Shown here in pieces: positions 1 through 13,425 of a stretch of 64,000 bases of DNA; within the stretch, counting starts at the first letter, position 1, and every line of letters begins with the position of its first letter. Source of the stretch: Chiloscyllium plagiosum. Taxonomy: Eukaryota. The stretch is taken from assembly GCF_004010195.1 (NCBI RefSeq), contig NC_057752.1, positions 2,978,222-3,042,221 of the forward strand, read 5' to 3'. Both the position numbers and the translations under genes were made by a program. The notes under the pieces were generated by a model, which searched no databases, was not told the origin of the DNA, and saw only the letters and a list, made by a program, of their open reading frames with translations.

Positions 1-721
1 TTGTGGGATTCTCAGCCTAGCCTTTGCATCCTGTCTACATAATCTAATTGTTTAACCTCAGGTATTATTCTGATGAATCTGGGCTGTGCCCTCTCCGAGG
101 CCAATATATTCTTTGTGAGGTGTGAGGGCAGAACTAAACACAGTGCTCTACATGGGATCTGAGGCTTGGTGCTACCGAAGCATTCCACACTCCAGCACTC
201 TTGATTTAGAGGCCAAGATTCCATTAGGCTTTTTAATTATTCCTGCATCTGTCCTCTAGCTTGTCATACACTGCACCACTAAATCTCCTTCTGTTCCTCC
301 ATAGTTTTGAGTATTTCACTATGCACTTCTAATCTATGCTGCTAAGGTCTAAAGAGAGCGGTGTCATACTTGCCCACACTGAACTCCACAGTTTCATTCA
401 CTCACTGTCAACCATGTCCCTTTCCAACAATTTAGCACCTCACTAAATGTCACCTTAGCATTGTCAGCAAAGTCGGATATTAACCAAAGCCACTGATGAA
501 CGTAATGGGAAGCTGAGAGACATAGTCTCGGAAAGTTGTGGGGATGGAGGAGGTTACAGAGATAGGGAGAGCTGAGATCTTGAAAGGATTTTAACGTAAG
601 AATGAGCATTTCAGAACAGAGGCACTACTGGACTGGGAGCTAGCATAGTCAGCGTGGGCATAGACTTGGTGCACATTAGAATAAGGGCAGCAGATGTTAG
701 GATGTTCAGTAAGAATTGCTA

Positions 722-1030
722 CAGAATCCCTACAGTATGGAAACAGGTTCTTTGGCCCAAGTCCACACTGACCCTGCAAAGAATAACCCACCAAGACACA
801 TTCCCCTATATTTACCCCTGACTAATGCACCTAAACTACACATCCCTGAACGCTATGGACAATTTAGCACAGCTAATTCACCTAACCTGCACATCTTCAG
901 ACTGTGGGAGGAAACCCACACAGACACAGGGAGAATGTACAAACTCCACACAGACAGTTGCCTGAGGCTGGAATCGAACCTGGGTCCCTAGGGCTCTGAG
1001 GTAGCAGTGCTAACCACTGAGCCACCATGT
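722..1030 (-). mobile_element. HE1-type V-SINE
   Basis: Homologous to 47745-48066 (cagtgctaaccactgagccacc; ggaaacccacacagacacagggagaatg). Confidence 0.85.
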
Positions 1031-2107
1031 GCAAGAAGCACAGACACTTAGAGATAAGCCAAGGGAACCCTGGAATAGTCAGGTCCAGTGATAAGAAAAG
1101 CACGGATGAAGGTTTCACAGCAGTAGAAAAGAATTGAGACAGCAGCAGAACCAGGTGAGGGCAAGGAGGTCACAAGGGGCAGCTTCTGATCAAATTGGAC
1201 GCAGATATTACCGATTGGTCCGGCCTCAGAGTGGCCAGAGAAGAGAAGCTAGGGAATGGGGGTTTGTGGTTGAAACCCAAAGCACTGACTGCAATATTTC
1301 CAAATATTAATTTGAAGAAATGTTGGTTCATCCAGGACTGTTGGGCGAGAAATCTTGCAACTTTAGAACCAGTGGAAGGGTTGAGAGAAGTGTTTGTTTG
1401 GAACTTGCCTTCAAATAATGTTGCAGAGAGGCAGCATGTATATAAGAAGTGGGAGCAGGAAGAGAAACCATTGCAGGTGACTCGGTGGTGATTACTGAAG
1501 AGTGAAACCATTTGAGAGCAGTCTTACTCAACTGGACATGGAGAGAAGACACGAGAGGAGAATGGTGTGCTCAGAATTGTTAAAGACTTGCCGAAAAAGA
1601 AGAGCAGGTTTACTTATTGCAGCCACATAGGATACCTTTTGTGAATTTGAGACGGACTGTTCCAGTGTGGCTGCGAAGGAAGTGGAGAGGTTTAAGAATG
1701 GACTTATGAGAAAGATGGGCACAAATTTGACAGGTGACTGAGCTGAGAGAGGCTGCCAATGGGGCAACAGTTTGAAAGGAAAAGGATCAAGTGTGGGTTG
1801 TTGGGAAGAAGGTGCGATGATGGGAGACTTGAAAGTGAGAGAGTCAATACCTGACAAATACTTCAATGTCCTCAAATTTAATTTTGATTGATACAACTTC
1901 AAAAAACTCTTTTCTTAACTATTTCGAGGTGCCAGGAATTTGATCTCTGTCTGGATTTTCATGAAGTGCTACTGATATGAGGGGAACCTAAATTGCTGGC
2001 AAGTTCTCCTAGTGGATAAGACTCCTTGACCAGGAGTGCAAAATTGGATAATCGCCCCTTCTACATTTTATAGAGGTTAGACAATAACTCCCTTCGGTCT
2101 ACCTTGG

Positions 2108-2430
2108 GGAGGTGGTGTGTAGTGGTAATGTCACTGGATTAATAATCCACAGCCCTGCGCTAATGCTATAATCCCACCAATTGAGTGAAATTTAAAGGCA
2201 ATAAAATTCTGAAATGGAAAGAATCTGGCCTCATGGTGATCGTTGTAAAAACCCATCTGGGTCATTAAAGCCCTTCAGAGAAGGGAATCTGACATCTTTC
2301 CCAGGTCTGACCTACATGTGACTCCAAGAGCCACAGCAAAATTGATGACTCTTACCTGACCTCTGGGCAATTAGGGGTAGGCACAAAATACCCAGTGATG
2401 CCCTCGTCCCATGAATGAATGAAAAGAAAA
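2108..2430 (+). mobile_element. tRNA-head SINE (second family)
   Basis: gtggtaatgtcactgga...aaaaacccatctgg...ctacatgtgactcca...gggcaattaggg...atgaatgaaaa; homologous to 17032-17385. Confidence 0.7.
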
Positions 2431-5400
2431 CGAGTGTATGTGGTGACCCAGTGTTGTGGAAGGGTCTGAAAGTGTTAATACCAAAGAGTGCCTTAAGCAC
2501 CAACTACGAAGATAATGTCTGATGGACTTTAGCAGAACAGCTTTGGATCTTGAAAGAGAGAGGGTTAAGGTCTGGCCTTCCTCAAAGTCTTCATTACAAT
2601 GCCTGCCATGTCAACGTAACATGTAACTACGGTAATTGCAAACATCCAATAAACTTTTTGTTCAGTAGAGGAGCCTCCTTTAGTTAGACCACGAAGTGAA
2701 TTTCCTCTACCAGGCAAGACCACCGGATCATGTGGATCTCTGCATTTAAAGACAGACCTATCCCATGGTGAGGTGCAGATCTGCTTTTACTGCACATAAA
2801 ACCCACAGCAACTATCAAATTTAGCCCACAGGCTGAAGCAACACTTGCCTCTACAACTGCACAGGTCTGCAGTACAGTTTTGCAAGACGAGGTTTTGTAA
2901 TTTGCACCTCATCCTAAGTGGAATATCACAGTGCCATTATGTTAGCTGCAATGAGACAGCTAAAATCTCCCTGAAGTTGACCCAAAGTGGCTGATCAGAT
3001 GCCACAGTAATGTTGCCTGTGTGATCCAATGTCTTGAAGTGCAGCGACTTTGCTTCGTTGCCAATCCTGGCGGCCATTTTGTGTGCAGCTGGATCACAGA
3101 CACCAACAAGAAAGAATCCAAAATGAGCCAGTGGCACCTGTACTTCAGCAAGTCAACACGTTGCTGGGAAAAGGGAAAGAACATGGAAGGGAATCAAAAC
3201 TTTAGGATCAGGAGGGAATCTCACCCACAAATTGCACTGGCAGAGGCATAAATTGCATTTATCCATTGCTTCTCACAAAGTCAGGCCCCACCAAAGTGGT
3301 TTGGAGTCAGTGAAGTGCAGGGAGTTTGTCTATGCTGTAATGGAAGGAACACAGCTTTTAAGAAATTAATAGCAATCTCTTTTTTTGGTGAGGTTGGGTG
3401 GTGATTGGATTTGGGACAGAACATTGGAAGTAGACCCTGATTTTCTTTGAATGACTGAACGGTCTTGAACATTCACTGGAAGAGGCAGACAGGGTCTCAG
3501 GTTAACATCATGTCCAGAAGATGGCATCACTGATACTTCTCCCTGAAGTGCCAGCTGAGATTTTGTACTCTAACCCTTGAGTGGACCTTGAATCCATAGC
3601 CTCCTAATTCCGGAGATGAGACAAGCCAAGATTAAAGCGAGGAAGACTGGTGTAACAGAAGTCCTGCTAGAGATTTAGCCAATGTATTTTTGTCCCGTTG
3701 AAATAAACATTAGAAACAAATGAACTTTTATGTGGGTAGAATTTGTCTAACCAGCACATGAGAATAGAATCACAGAATGAAAGATATCCATTCTGCCCAT
3801 TGTACCAATGGAGGACTGTCCAATTAACTATCTTCTCTTTCCCAAAGTTGTCCTTGTAATCCAATTGCAATCCAATTCTCTTGTGAGCACACAATAGAAT
3901 CCTCTTCCACTGCCCTTTCACAACAAGTGAATCTGTATATTATTTTTCCCCCTCATGTCCACCTCTGGTACTTTCAGCAATGTGTCCCCTGGTTGTCTAC
4001 TTTTCTGCCAGTGCAGTTTCTCCATATTAACTCGATGAAATTCCTGATTTTGACTGCATCTATTGAATGCTCTCTGAGCCTTCTCTGCTCAAAGGAGAAC
4101 AATCCCAGTTTCTCTTCTGCATTTGTCCAAGACCTTGACATCCTTTCTAAAGTACAGTGACCATAACTGAGCTCTTTAGTGAAGGCCTAACCAATGTCTT
4201 ACTACTGAACCATGGTAACCATCAAAGGTTGGCTAAGGAGAGAATATTGCTACCCATTTTTGCATCTTGCAAGCAGTCATGAATTATCTAATCACCATTT
4301 CTTTTAAACTGAAAGCGCAGCTATGCAGTGAGGAACTCAGAACTCACCACAACAAGGTCTCACTATCCTTCACAATGATAGGCGATGAATCTTTTGCGCA
4401 GAGGTCAAAAGTTCAGGATCAGTCTGCCTGGACACTGGTTGCTCAACATAACAGTGCTGGCTCAGAAGCCCAAACAAAATGGGAAAGACTTGAGGACAGT
4501 GAAGAAATGGAATTGTGAATGCCGACTCACAATCCATGAGTTGATAGCGTAAAGTGCTGGCAATATCAGGGCCATTAATGCCACTTAACCCTGGACTGAC
4601 AGCCATATATTTGCTTGAAGATTTTGCAAAAAATGCATTTTCTTTTAAAGGTCATCTTGTACTGTGCATATTGTGAAATATGCCAAAAACGATTCAGCAT
4701 TACATAAGACCGAATTAAGACACAGTGGCCAGACCCCATTAATAATGTTTGTTTCCTGACAGGAAAAAAAGCTGGCAACGGAACTGGGTGGGAGAACAGC
4801 AGAGTGAAGCCCCTGAACAAGCCCCTTTGAGCTAAGTGTCTTCATTTACAGAGTTCCCTAAAATGGGGGCCCTGCCTCTCAGCAGACAGTTTGGGATTGC
4901 GAGCTCTGAGGCAGTAATGAACAACTGCGAGACAGATTTAAAGCCTTGCATTTTCTTTCTAAAACTGTGAATGTTACCTAAACGACAGACCCTCCAGGCT
5001 TGGCACCTTGCAGCAGCATAAATGACAGGCTTTATGCAATTTTTTAAAATAAAAAAAACACAAATGAAATCTCTTCATAAAGTCTCTCTGTTCCACATCC
5101 CCTCCTCTCACAGGCCCTCGTCCCACTCTTAAAGATCCGCCTGCCTCACTTTGCTCTTACATGAGGCATTGTGATCATTTTCTCTTGAAACGGGGTCCGA
5201 GTGGAGAATGTCTGTGAACCCCCTGCCACAGGGGGTCAAGGTGGGAGGAAGGCAAGCATCCGTTGGAGTTGCAGGACCAGCCAACATGAGAAGCTAATGC
5301 CCTGAGGACTTGGGTTCAGATCCCACCCTGGTAACTGGTGAAGTTTAAATTCAACTCTGGAGTACAAAGCTAGGGAGCCAATATCCGATTTGTACCAAGC

Positions 5401-8400
5401 ACTGGCGTCGAGAGCAGCATTTCAGGATGGGGCGGCAGGAAACAGATCTTTATAGTATGGAGGTTGGAGTGACAGTTGTGGGCTGTTCAGATCCAGCCAG
5501 TGTACTGACCAAACACAGTGGACAGTGTAGAGTGCAGCTTTCCAGGGGTTCTTCCGAAACCCAAGGGCAAGAACGGCCTAGGATTGGCGAGAGGCAGTTC
5601 AGTGAGAGGGTGTTCAGCATCACAAGAAAACAGGATTCCACCGTTTCCTGTCCTTTAACTACGAGCTGGTGGAGATGAGAACGAGCATCAGCATTTGCTG
5701 TGTGGAAATGAATGACTCTCGGGTGCTGCAGTATCTATGAGGAGGAGAGAAGGTCACGTGCATGCCTCAGAGAAACACATATGTGGGTACTAGCAACAGA
5801 TCATTCAAAGCACATCCATTTGTTAAACGCTGCAAACTGTGTTTTTATTATGAAGGAAATTTAAAAAGAGTGACAAGTGCAGTCTGAAGAAATAGGAAAA
5901 CCATGTAGTCAGTCCATTGCCAATGAGAAAAGGGTCTTCAACAGCAAGAGGTCAGCCAGAAAAGCGCATGCGTGGGATGCCCTCTCCCATCCTCCTGCCA
6001 ACATGCCACGTCCTCTTCGATGTCATTGCCTTCTTTCCAATAACTCCTCCCTTCCTGCTGCCTCCCTCGGGTTCCTCCATGATCTCTGTTGGTAACATGG
6101 TGCAACTTATGGAACACAGGGACAGGAAAAGGCAGCTTTCACAGGGGGGAGGGTCTCAATGTGAAGCATTACCGGAACACTCCTGATCATTAAGAAGCCT
6201 CGTCCATGGCTGTGGTTGGACAGGAACTTCAACTAAGTGGCAACAGCTGTTATATATCTCTGTGTTCCACGGAACCAACCTTTCCTTTGGGTATTACATC
6301 AAACTGCCACAAAAGGAAAGAGTCAAGTGGAATGAGCTGCGAGGCTTAATGTCTTTATTAATGGTCCACACGGAATGCAAAAGTAGAAATTCTCAGCAGG
6401 AAGCTCCCAATCTCTGCTGGGTGCCAGGAAGGTGGACAGGACGCTGCTCCTGTGATTGCCACTGATAGCGCTGCTGCAGCTGCCACCCACAGTTGATGCT
6501 ATTCTGCGACGTGGAAGTATGCACTGGGAACAACCATAGCACAATGCAATGCAGCTGGCTTCAGCTAGCAACTGCTATCCTGACAATGAATCGACTACTC
6601 AATGTGCAGAATATGGTTCCTCGCCCAAATGAAGAGAAGATCATCCTAATTCTTTCGGATCCATTGGGTCGAATCTTAAGTTGCATTCTCCACGGCCTCA
6701 CTGGAGGGGGCAATGTCTTCACAGAGGAAGAGATGGAGGACTGGCATATCGCCCCCCCTCCGCCCCCCCAAGAAAGAAAATAGACACTGGCGTTGGAGAC
6801 AGGAGTTCATGATGTTGTGTATGGGCATGAAGAAGCCAGAGGAATTGCGAAATGAGACAGACAGACCCGCAACAGTCTAAAAGCAAACAATTTCCGGGCC
6901 AAGCAAGCAAGCAACACTTGTGTCTTACAGTGGTCCATTTTGAATAACTACTGGGAGGCTGCTGTTTTCTATTTGGGACAGACACCATTGTGTGTTTTGT
7001 TTCCCACTTACATTTTGTCTTTGAAGCCTGAAATAAAGCATCCTGTTTGACTTTAGCTCTGCTGCTCATGCATCCCCTATGCCCTCAATCCGTAGAGAAA
7101 GACATAGCCTTTGCGCCATTTGCGCAGAGCAGTACCCACACAGCACTGGGACTGAGGGGTGAAGCATGATTAGATTCTAAGTCTCGGCTGCCGCAAGCCC
7201 ATAGGAGCAAGAATAGACCCCCCCTGAGCATGCTCCACTATTCTCCAAAATCATGGCTCATCCTCTCACTTCATCGCCTTGTTCCCTTACTATCTCTATC
7301 TCCCTGGATCTTTCTCTTCCATAAATATCACTTCGCATTAGTTGAGCAGACTATTACTGTGCCTCTACCTCCTTATGGGTGGGAGACTCTCAATCAGAGA
7401 ATGAGGTCCTGCACATCTCGATTCTACCTTGGTGATCACTTACTCAGACTGTCTGCAAGTGACACATGTACTTACAGGAGCAGAAATGACAGATTGATCA
7501 AGGCCCCCTCATGTGCCACCCACAAGCACTCCAAACTTCTTTTACTTTGCATTGCCTACCCCCATGTCTCAGCTCAGCCCCGACAAATCCAGCTGGGAGG
7601 GAATAGGCTCGCTGACCATTATGGGACACAGCAGACCCTAGCCTGTGGAGAGCCTCCCTCAACTCTCTCCTTAGTCTGAGCCCGCTCCTCCTCACCCCAG
7701 GCTGCATGCTTGGCGTCCCTCCTCTCTTGTGGGTGGTCACTGGCACCTCCCTGACTCCTTGGGGGCACCTACCTGACAGCTAATGTGCCTTGCTGCCCTC
7801 TTGCTGTGCATCGCTACAGCTTTGGTGCATCAGTCAGAGTGCGTCTCAGTAACTACTGAGTGGACCTGGGTCACAAAGGCAGCTGCTGCATATTCTACCG
7901 ACATAACCAATAGCCCAGAGCTGCAATGGGTGACAGGAACAGGACAGATGGCCCCCACCTTTCACTGCAGTGGCTTCCGGCATCACTGCCTGACGTCCTA
8001 TTGCCTGCAACTCCAACAGACGTATAGAGACTGAGCAGACAGGTGGTCGCCTGCAGTCCTTAAGAGTGTCAGGACCTCCACTGGCTGTGGACTGGTCACA
8101 GTGAGGTGCTCACCAAACTGTGACTCTGAGCCTGAGAGTGTGCACCCACACAGGGGAAGGTCTCCATGCTGGTGTGAACGCCAGGGAAAGAGTTAGCTGC
8201 TGGCTATCCTTAACTGAACAATGTGCCGCTCTGTTGGCATGTCTGAGAACAGCAGACAAGAGCCATCCGCACTGGCTTTGTGGGAGGGAGCTAGCTTACC
8301 CTCCACACAACCATGGTCATGTTGCCCCACCTCACCCCCAAATCCCACCAGCTCCTCTACCAAAGGGAAGCCCTCCTACCAAGCCCTCCTACTTTGGGTG

Positions 8401-9687
8401 TTCCTCTCCTGCAGACAAACAAAGAGAACAAATGAGTGCCATGCCAGGCGGTGCCAAGAACATGCATAGCCATGCCCTGCCCTCTCCAGGACGCAATCAG
8501 CAGCCGCAACTGGTAAAGCATTGGCAGCAAGAGGTGATTGCCAGCCATTCTGTGCAGCTATTCAGAGCAGCGCAATCAGCCTGTGTGCCATCCCGCTGCA
8601 CTGGCACAGTTAGACCGAGAGATGGCCTCCGCTTCCATCCATGTGAGCGAAAGCATGACTTAGCTTTCATTCATCAGAGCTCCTGAGTACTTAACCCTGC
8701 TTGCAAGTGTCCCTACTCAAAAGGGTGGTCTGTCGTATCCCCTGGCTTCACCCCCCCGTCTGAGTTTATACGAATTCCTCACCTCTGATTTCATTACCTT
8801 CAGACTCGACTATTCCTACACACTTCTAGCTGGCCTCTCCAAACTGGAGGTTACCTCAAACTCTGCTGCCTGTGTCTTAACTCACTGCAAGTTTCATTCC
8901 CCCTTCTCCCTTGTGCTCGTTAATCTACATTGTTTAAATTTTCATCCTCCTTTTCAAATCGCTCAATGGCCTCCCAGGTTGCAGCACTCCGCTAATGCTG
9001 ATCCCTTGATTAGGCTGTACCTGCACTGACTTGTCCCCAAGAAAATTCCCTCCTTAAAGCTCTCCACCTCGCCTTCCCTCCTTTCAGATGCTGCACCCCT
9101 TTAAGAAGCTCCTTAAAATCTACATCTTTGACCAAGCGTTTGGTCACCTGATCTAATATCTCCTTACGTGGTTCAGTGAAGCACCTCGGGATGGTTTATT
9201 GTGGTCAAGGATACTGTATGAATAGGTTGATGTTGTCGGAGTAAATGGGTGTCGACTGCAGTCCAGTTAAAGGAGAATCTTTTCAATGCTCTCCCCCAAC
9301 CTCCCCTCTGTTGTGGAGTTTTTTTTTGCTGTGCTTGGGGATTCTGCTGCGACAGGGGCAATGCTGCTTCAGGTTGGCACACTGATAAGCTCAGGATTAC
9401 CCTTGTGGCCCCAAGAAACATCGTCACATCCTCTGCACCCACCAGCCGATTTCACAATCTCGGTTAAAGGCTTGCTGAGGATTCAGGGCACTGAAGTACA
9501 ATAGGTGATGCCCATTATAAGGCCACACTTGTTCAAGAGCAGACCTTTCCGTCATTACAGGCCCGCCAAGCACGTTCTGAGCAACAAGAAACAATTAAGA
9601 AAAGCGCTTTACCCTTTTCTGTTATGGTTTACAAACATCCGTACTTTCCAAATGGGCCAATAAAATGCCCCTCGGCAAAATGCCCCT

Positions 9688-9784
9688 AGATTCCTGATGA
9701 AGGGCTCCTGCCCGAAATGTTGTTTCTCCTGTTCCTCAGATGCTGCCTGACCTGCTGTGCATTTACAGCACCACTCTAATCTTG
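9688..9784 (+). mobile_element. Penelope-like fragment (family 2) with decayed hammerhead
   Basis: Reads ATTC-CTGATGA-A-GGGC-TCCT-GCCC-GAAA-TGTTG (ACGTCG decayed at its CpGs). Flanked by ATAAAATGCCCCT (9660-9672) and ATAAAATGCTCCT (9785-9797). Confidence 0.7.
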
Positions 9785-10061
9785 ATAAAATGCTCCTGTT
9801 AATGGAGGCTTATTCTGAGTCTAACCCACACAATAGCTGGGGTTTAGAGAATTATAACTTGTACATTACAGAAGAGGCTCTTTGGCCATCAAGTCTGTAC
9901 TGGGGTTGTGGGCAGTATGTTCTGTTAGCTAATACTGATTTTCTTCATTTCCAATTAGCACACAGTTGCATATGGGAGAATAGAGAATGAACATGATTTT
10001 TACAGATGGTTGGAATCTGCATTGGCTATTGATGGGTGCCATACCAATTGCTAATCAATTA

Positions 10062-10345
10062 CTAGGGGTCAAAGTGAGAGGGGGAAATGTCTAAGGGAGA
10101 TATGCGTGGAAAGTTCTTTATGCAGAGGGTAGTGGGTACCTGGAATACGTTGCCAGCGGAGGTGGTAGAGGTGGGCACGATAGCGTCATTTAAGATGTAT
10201 CTGGACAAATACATGAATGGGTAGGGAGCAGAGGGATACAGGCCCTTAGAAAATAGGCGATAGGTTTAGATAGAGTAAATGGATCAGCGCAGGCTTGGAG
10301 GGCCGAAGGGCCTGTTCCTGTGCTGTAATTTTCTTTGTTCTTTGA
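10062..10345 (+). mobile_element. CR1 3' end (another subfamily)
   Basis: actaggggtc...ggaaagttctttatgcagagggtagtggg...gggccgaagggcctgttcctgtgctgt with tail tttgttctttg. Confidence 0.7.
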
Positions 10346-10633
10346 ACACGGACTAGCATTACACTGTGTACAGGATCCATTGCGACAAGAGGCCAGGTTA
10401 AAGTCCCACTTGCTCCAGTGGCTTGTTGTCGCACATCTGAGCAGGTCAGAACATGACAGTATGTTTGTCAACACAAGTTAGTGAGTTTTAAAAATGTCAC
10501 ACCTTTTCAAATCCCTCACTTCCTCCCCCTCTTCCTGTAACCTCCCTCCAGCCCTACAATTCTCTGAGGTCACTGCTCTCATTCACTTCTGGTCCCTTCC
10601 TCATTCCTGGCTTCCATCACCTCACTACTGGTA

Positions 10634-10870
10634 CAAAAACAGAAACAGCGGGCAAAACTCGGCAGGTCTGACAGCACCTGTGGGGAGAAAGCAGGGTTAA
10701 TGCTTTGGGTCCAGTGTCCCTTCTCGGAACTGTTCTGAAGAAGGGTCATTGGATCTGAAACATTAGCTCGGTTTCTCTCTCTCTCTCTCCACAAATACCG
10801 CCAGACCCTGCTGAGTTTCACCAGCTCTTTCTGCTTTTTGCTTCAGATTTCCAGCATCCCCACAATTCTT
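10634..10870. mobile_element. Palindromic Penelope-like insertion (family 3), degenerate hammerhead
   Basis: Imperfect inverted arms around about 10730; CTGAAGA-A-GGGTC-attg-GATCT-GAAAC at 10735-10761. Confidence 0.6.
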
Positions 10871-11746
10871 TGCTTTTTTTTTGGTGTTTACCTCACTGCT
10901 GGTGGCTGTCTGAGCACTAAACACTGGAATGCCCTCTCTTCCATGAAGCAGCCCCTGAAGACTGACTCTGCCCATCTTAATATCCCCCTCACATGGTGTG
11001 GTGGCACATTCTGTGAGGCACCTTGAGACTTTTCACTAGGTGAACTGTACGATATGGACCTGGTGTAAAACGGGAGCAGGAGCAGACTGACAGGAAATAT
11101 CGGTGAGCTGGATTCAGTTCTGGAATTGGTTGACCCAACTTTGCATCGCCACTCTTCCCACTGAGAAAGCTGCATTGGAATTTTCACCCTTCAATTTAAA
11201 TGCTGCTGTCTTGTCCCCCCCCCCCCCCCCCCACTCCACCTCAACTGTTGCTGTGATTCATGGTCCTTCTGGAGCCAATCAACTTTGACAGTTGTGCCGC
11301 GTTGTTCCTTTCTGAAAACTCCCACCACGTTTAATTAGACAATAAATTCAAATTAGTTTTGTTTGCAAAGGATCTAAAAGCAAAAACTGACATGGTGTGT
11401 AGATCAGTCATTCATATCACTGGAGTCCATGCCAGGACAATCAATCATGATTAAACTTGGCATGAACAGTACTCATTCGTGCCTTTATTTGTATCAGCAT
11501 CACCGAGCAAACTACCAGTGCTAAGCATTGATCGGCTTTCTGTTCTTAGACAAATTAACTTCATGAACACTCAAAGAAGCACTGCCTTTGTTTACTTCCC
11601 ACTCCACCCTTCCCCTCCCACATCTATTTTTTCCCCCCCCAAAACGTTCAACATGATCACAAAACTTCCCAGTTGCCAAGAGTCTTTAGCATCGTGGCTT
11701 TGTAAAGAGGGCAGAGGAAACCCCGAAGCAGGAATCGGATGAAGAA

Positions 11747-12025
11747 TGGTGGCATGGTGTCTCAGTGGTTGGCACTGCTACCTCACAGCGCCAGGGACCC
11801 GGGTTCGATTCCAGCCTCAGGAGACTGCCTGTGTGGAGTTTGTACGTTCTCCCCTGTGTCTGCGTGGGTTTCCTCTAAGTGCTCTGGTTTCCTTCAACAG
11901 TTAAAGATGTGCAGACTGGGTGGATTAGCCAGGGTGTGGAGGTAGGTCTGGGTAGGCTGCTGTTTGAAGGATCGGTGTGGTCTCAATGGGCCAAATGGCC
12001 CACTTCCACACTGTAGGGATTCTCT
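11747..12025 (+). mobile_element. HE1-type V-SINE
   Basis: ggtggcatggtgtctcagtggttggcactgctacctcacagcgccagggacccgggttcgattcc head, V-domain and CR1-like tail. Confidence 0.85.
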
Positions 12026-12299
12026 GATAGAGGATCTGACTACAGATGATGTTTTGAGCAGGCTCTTGGTCAGATAGGTTTGGGGACAGAATTCCAGTAT
12101 GTTAGGCTATGATGGCAAAATGGTGTGGCACTATTTGGACTATCGGAAAGGGGGAAGGAATTACACAGTGGGCAAGATTCACAACAGGGCAGGGCATGTG
12201 TTGTGATCTTAAGGTTAAAGGAGGTTGGAGACATGGGACAAAATTGGTAACCAAGGTTTGCGCTTTAAAGTCTACATGTTTGAAGATAATAAATTTAGA

Positions 12300-13080
12300 A
12301 GAGGTCAGTCAGGGTGGGGTAAAAAGGATTTTTTGTGAGGTAGCGTCAATGGTGGAGCTCGAGAGCAATTAAGATTTTGTGTATAGTGGTGCGCAGGGGA
12401 TCAAGAGGGCAAGGGTTGTTGGGAAAGCCAGGAGGTCACTTGGGTGTAAATGAGGGTTTAGATGGCAATGGGGATGAGGAAGGGGAGCGAGGTGCCTACA
12501 CAGCAGAAACAGCTCGTATTGGTGACGGATTGGCTGTGAGCATTAAAGGTCAACTCTGGGCTGAACTGGGCCCATTTGGGTTGAGTAGAAACAGTCACAC
12601 ATGGCATTGGTATCAAAGGGTTAGACTGCAGAGTTTCTGCAGGGAAGGCAGCAAAGGATTTGGTCTTGCCAATGTTTAACTGGACCTGTCCATCACTTAA
12701 TGGTAGAGAAGCTGTCAGAGAGTGTGGTGAGAGTTGTAGAGCCGAGGACTGGGTGGTAAAGCGTGGTGACATATGGAACTGACTGTATTCTTGAAATTGC
12801 TTTTACCAGGAGTTTGGCATGTCACTAAGGAACACACAAAAGCTAAGGATATGCAATGGGTGACCACAGCAGGATAATTCATTCTGTGAGTGGAGTTGAC
12901 TACAGTCAGTGAGCTGGGAATAGAACCATGAAAGGACTCTACCAGCAAGGCAAAGCAAGGGCAAGACATTGATTGGGAAAACTGTTACTAACAGTACTGA
13001 GGATGACTGCTTAAGCTGAGCATTCTCACCATGGATACTTTTAGTAATATTAACAAGGACAATCTCAGTGGTTTAGACAC
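12300..13080 (-). mobile_element. Old L2-like LINE remnant
   Basis: The minus ORF contains QLNIGKTK, and the plus strand is purine-rich as in L2 antisense. Similar remnants lie at about 510-720, 1070-1860, 8800-9200 and 58200-58480. Confidence 0.45.
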
Positions 13081-13271
13081 AGATGTAGGATCAAACAGGC
13101 AGTAGCAACACAATTCATGTTGAAATTCCACTGCATATCAAGGAGAACATTACTGCATCACATTTGATGTCAGGCATGCTACACTGCTTGCCTAGTGACA
13201 AAGACACTGCCTCTTTAATCATGGTTATACTGTGACAAACAGAAAAAAACAGTTATAGCAGAGGTACTCAC

Positions 13272-13425
13272 CCGATGTAATCTTCTGATTTGTTGTACTT
13301 TTTGGCCAGGTATTTGGCTGAAGCCTTGCTGGGAATTTTTACCATGGACAGCTCCTTACCATATCGAGTCATGTTGCAGGGCGTCTCACATGTGCAATAT
13401 GAACTGTCCTTCTCCACCAAGAACT
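13272..13425 (-). CDS. asic1: ASIC exon ([52 protein letters not shown])
   Basis: Manual reading: gaacAG|AG TTC TTG GTG GAG AAG...GAT TAC ATC GG|GTgagt; 154 bp. It contains the conserved [24 protein letters not shown] did not find the next exon (ENILVLDIFFE...) in 1-13271. Confidence 0.95.

Noticed and set aside
7230..7679. 149-aa ORF with faint GIY-YIG/Penelope-like words (ETLNQRM, GDHL)
   Set aside because: Similarity too weak to support without a profile search.
1..13271. Expected next ASIC exon (ENILVLDIFFE...)
   Set aside because: Searched by eye and not found; presumably outside the window.
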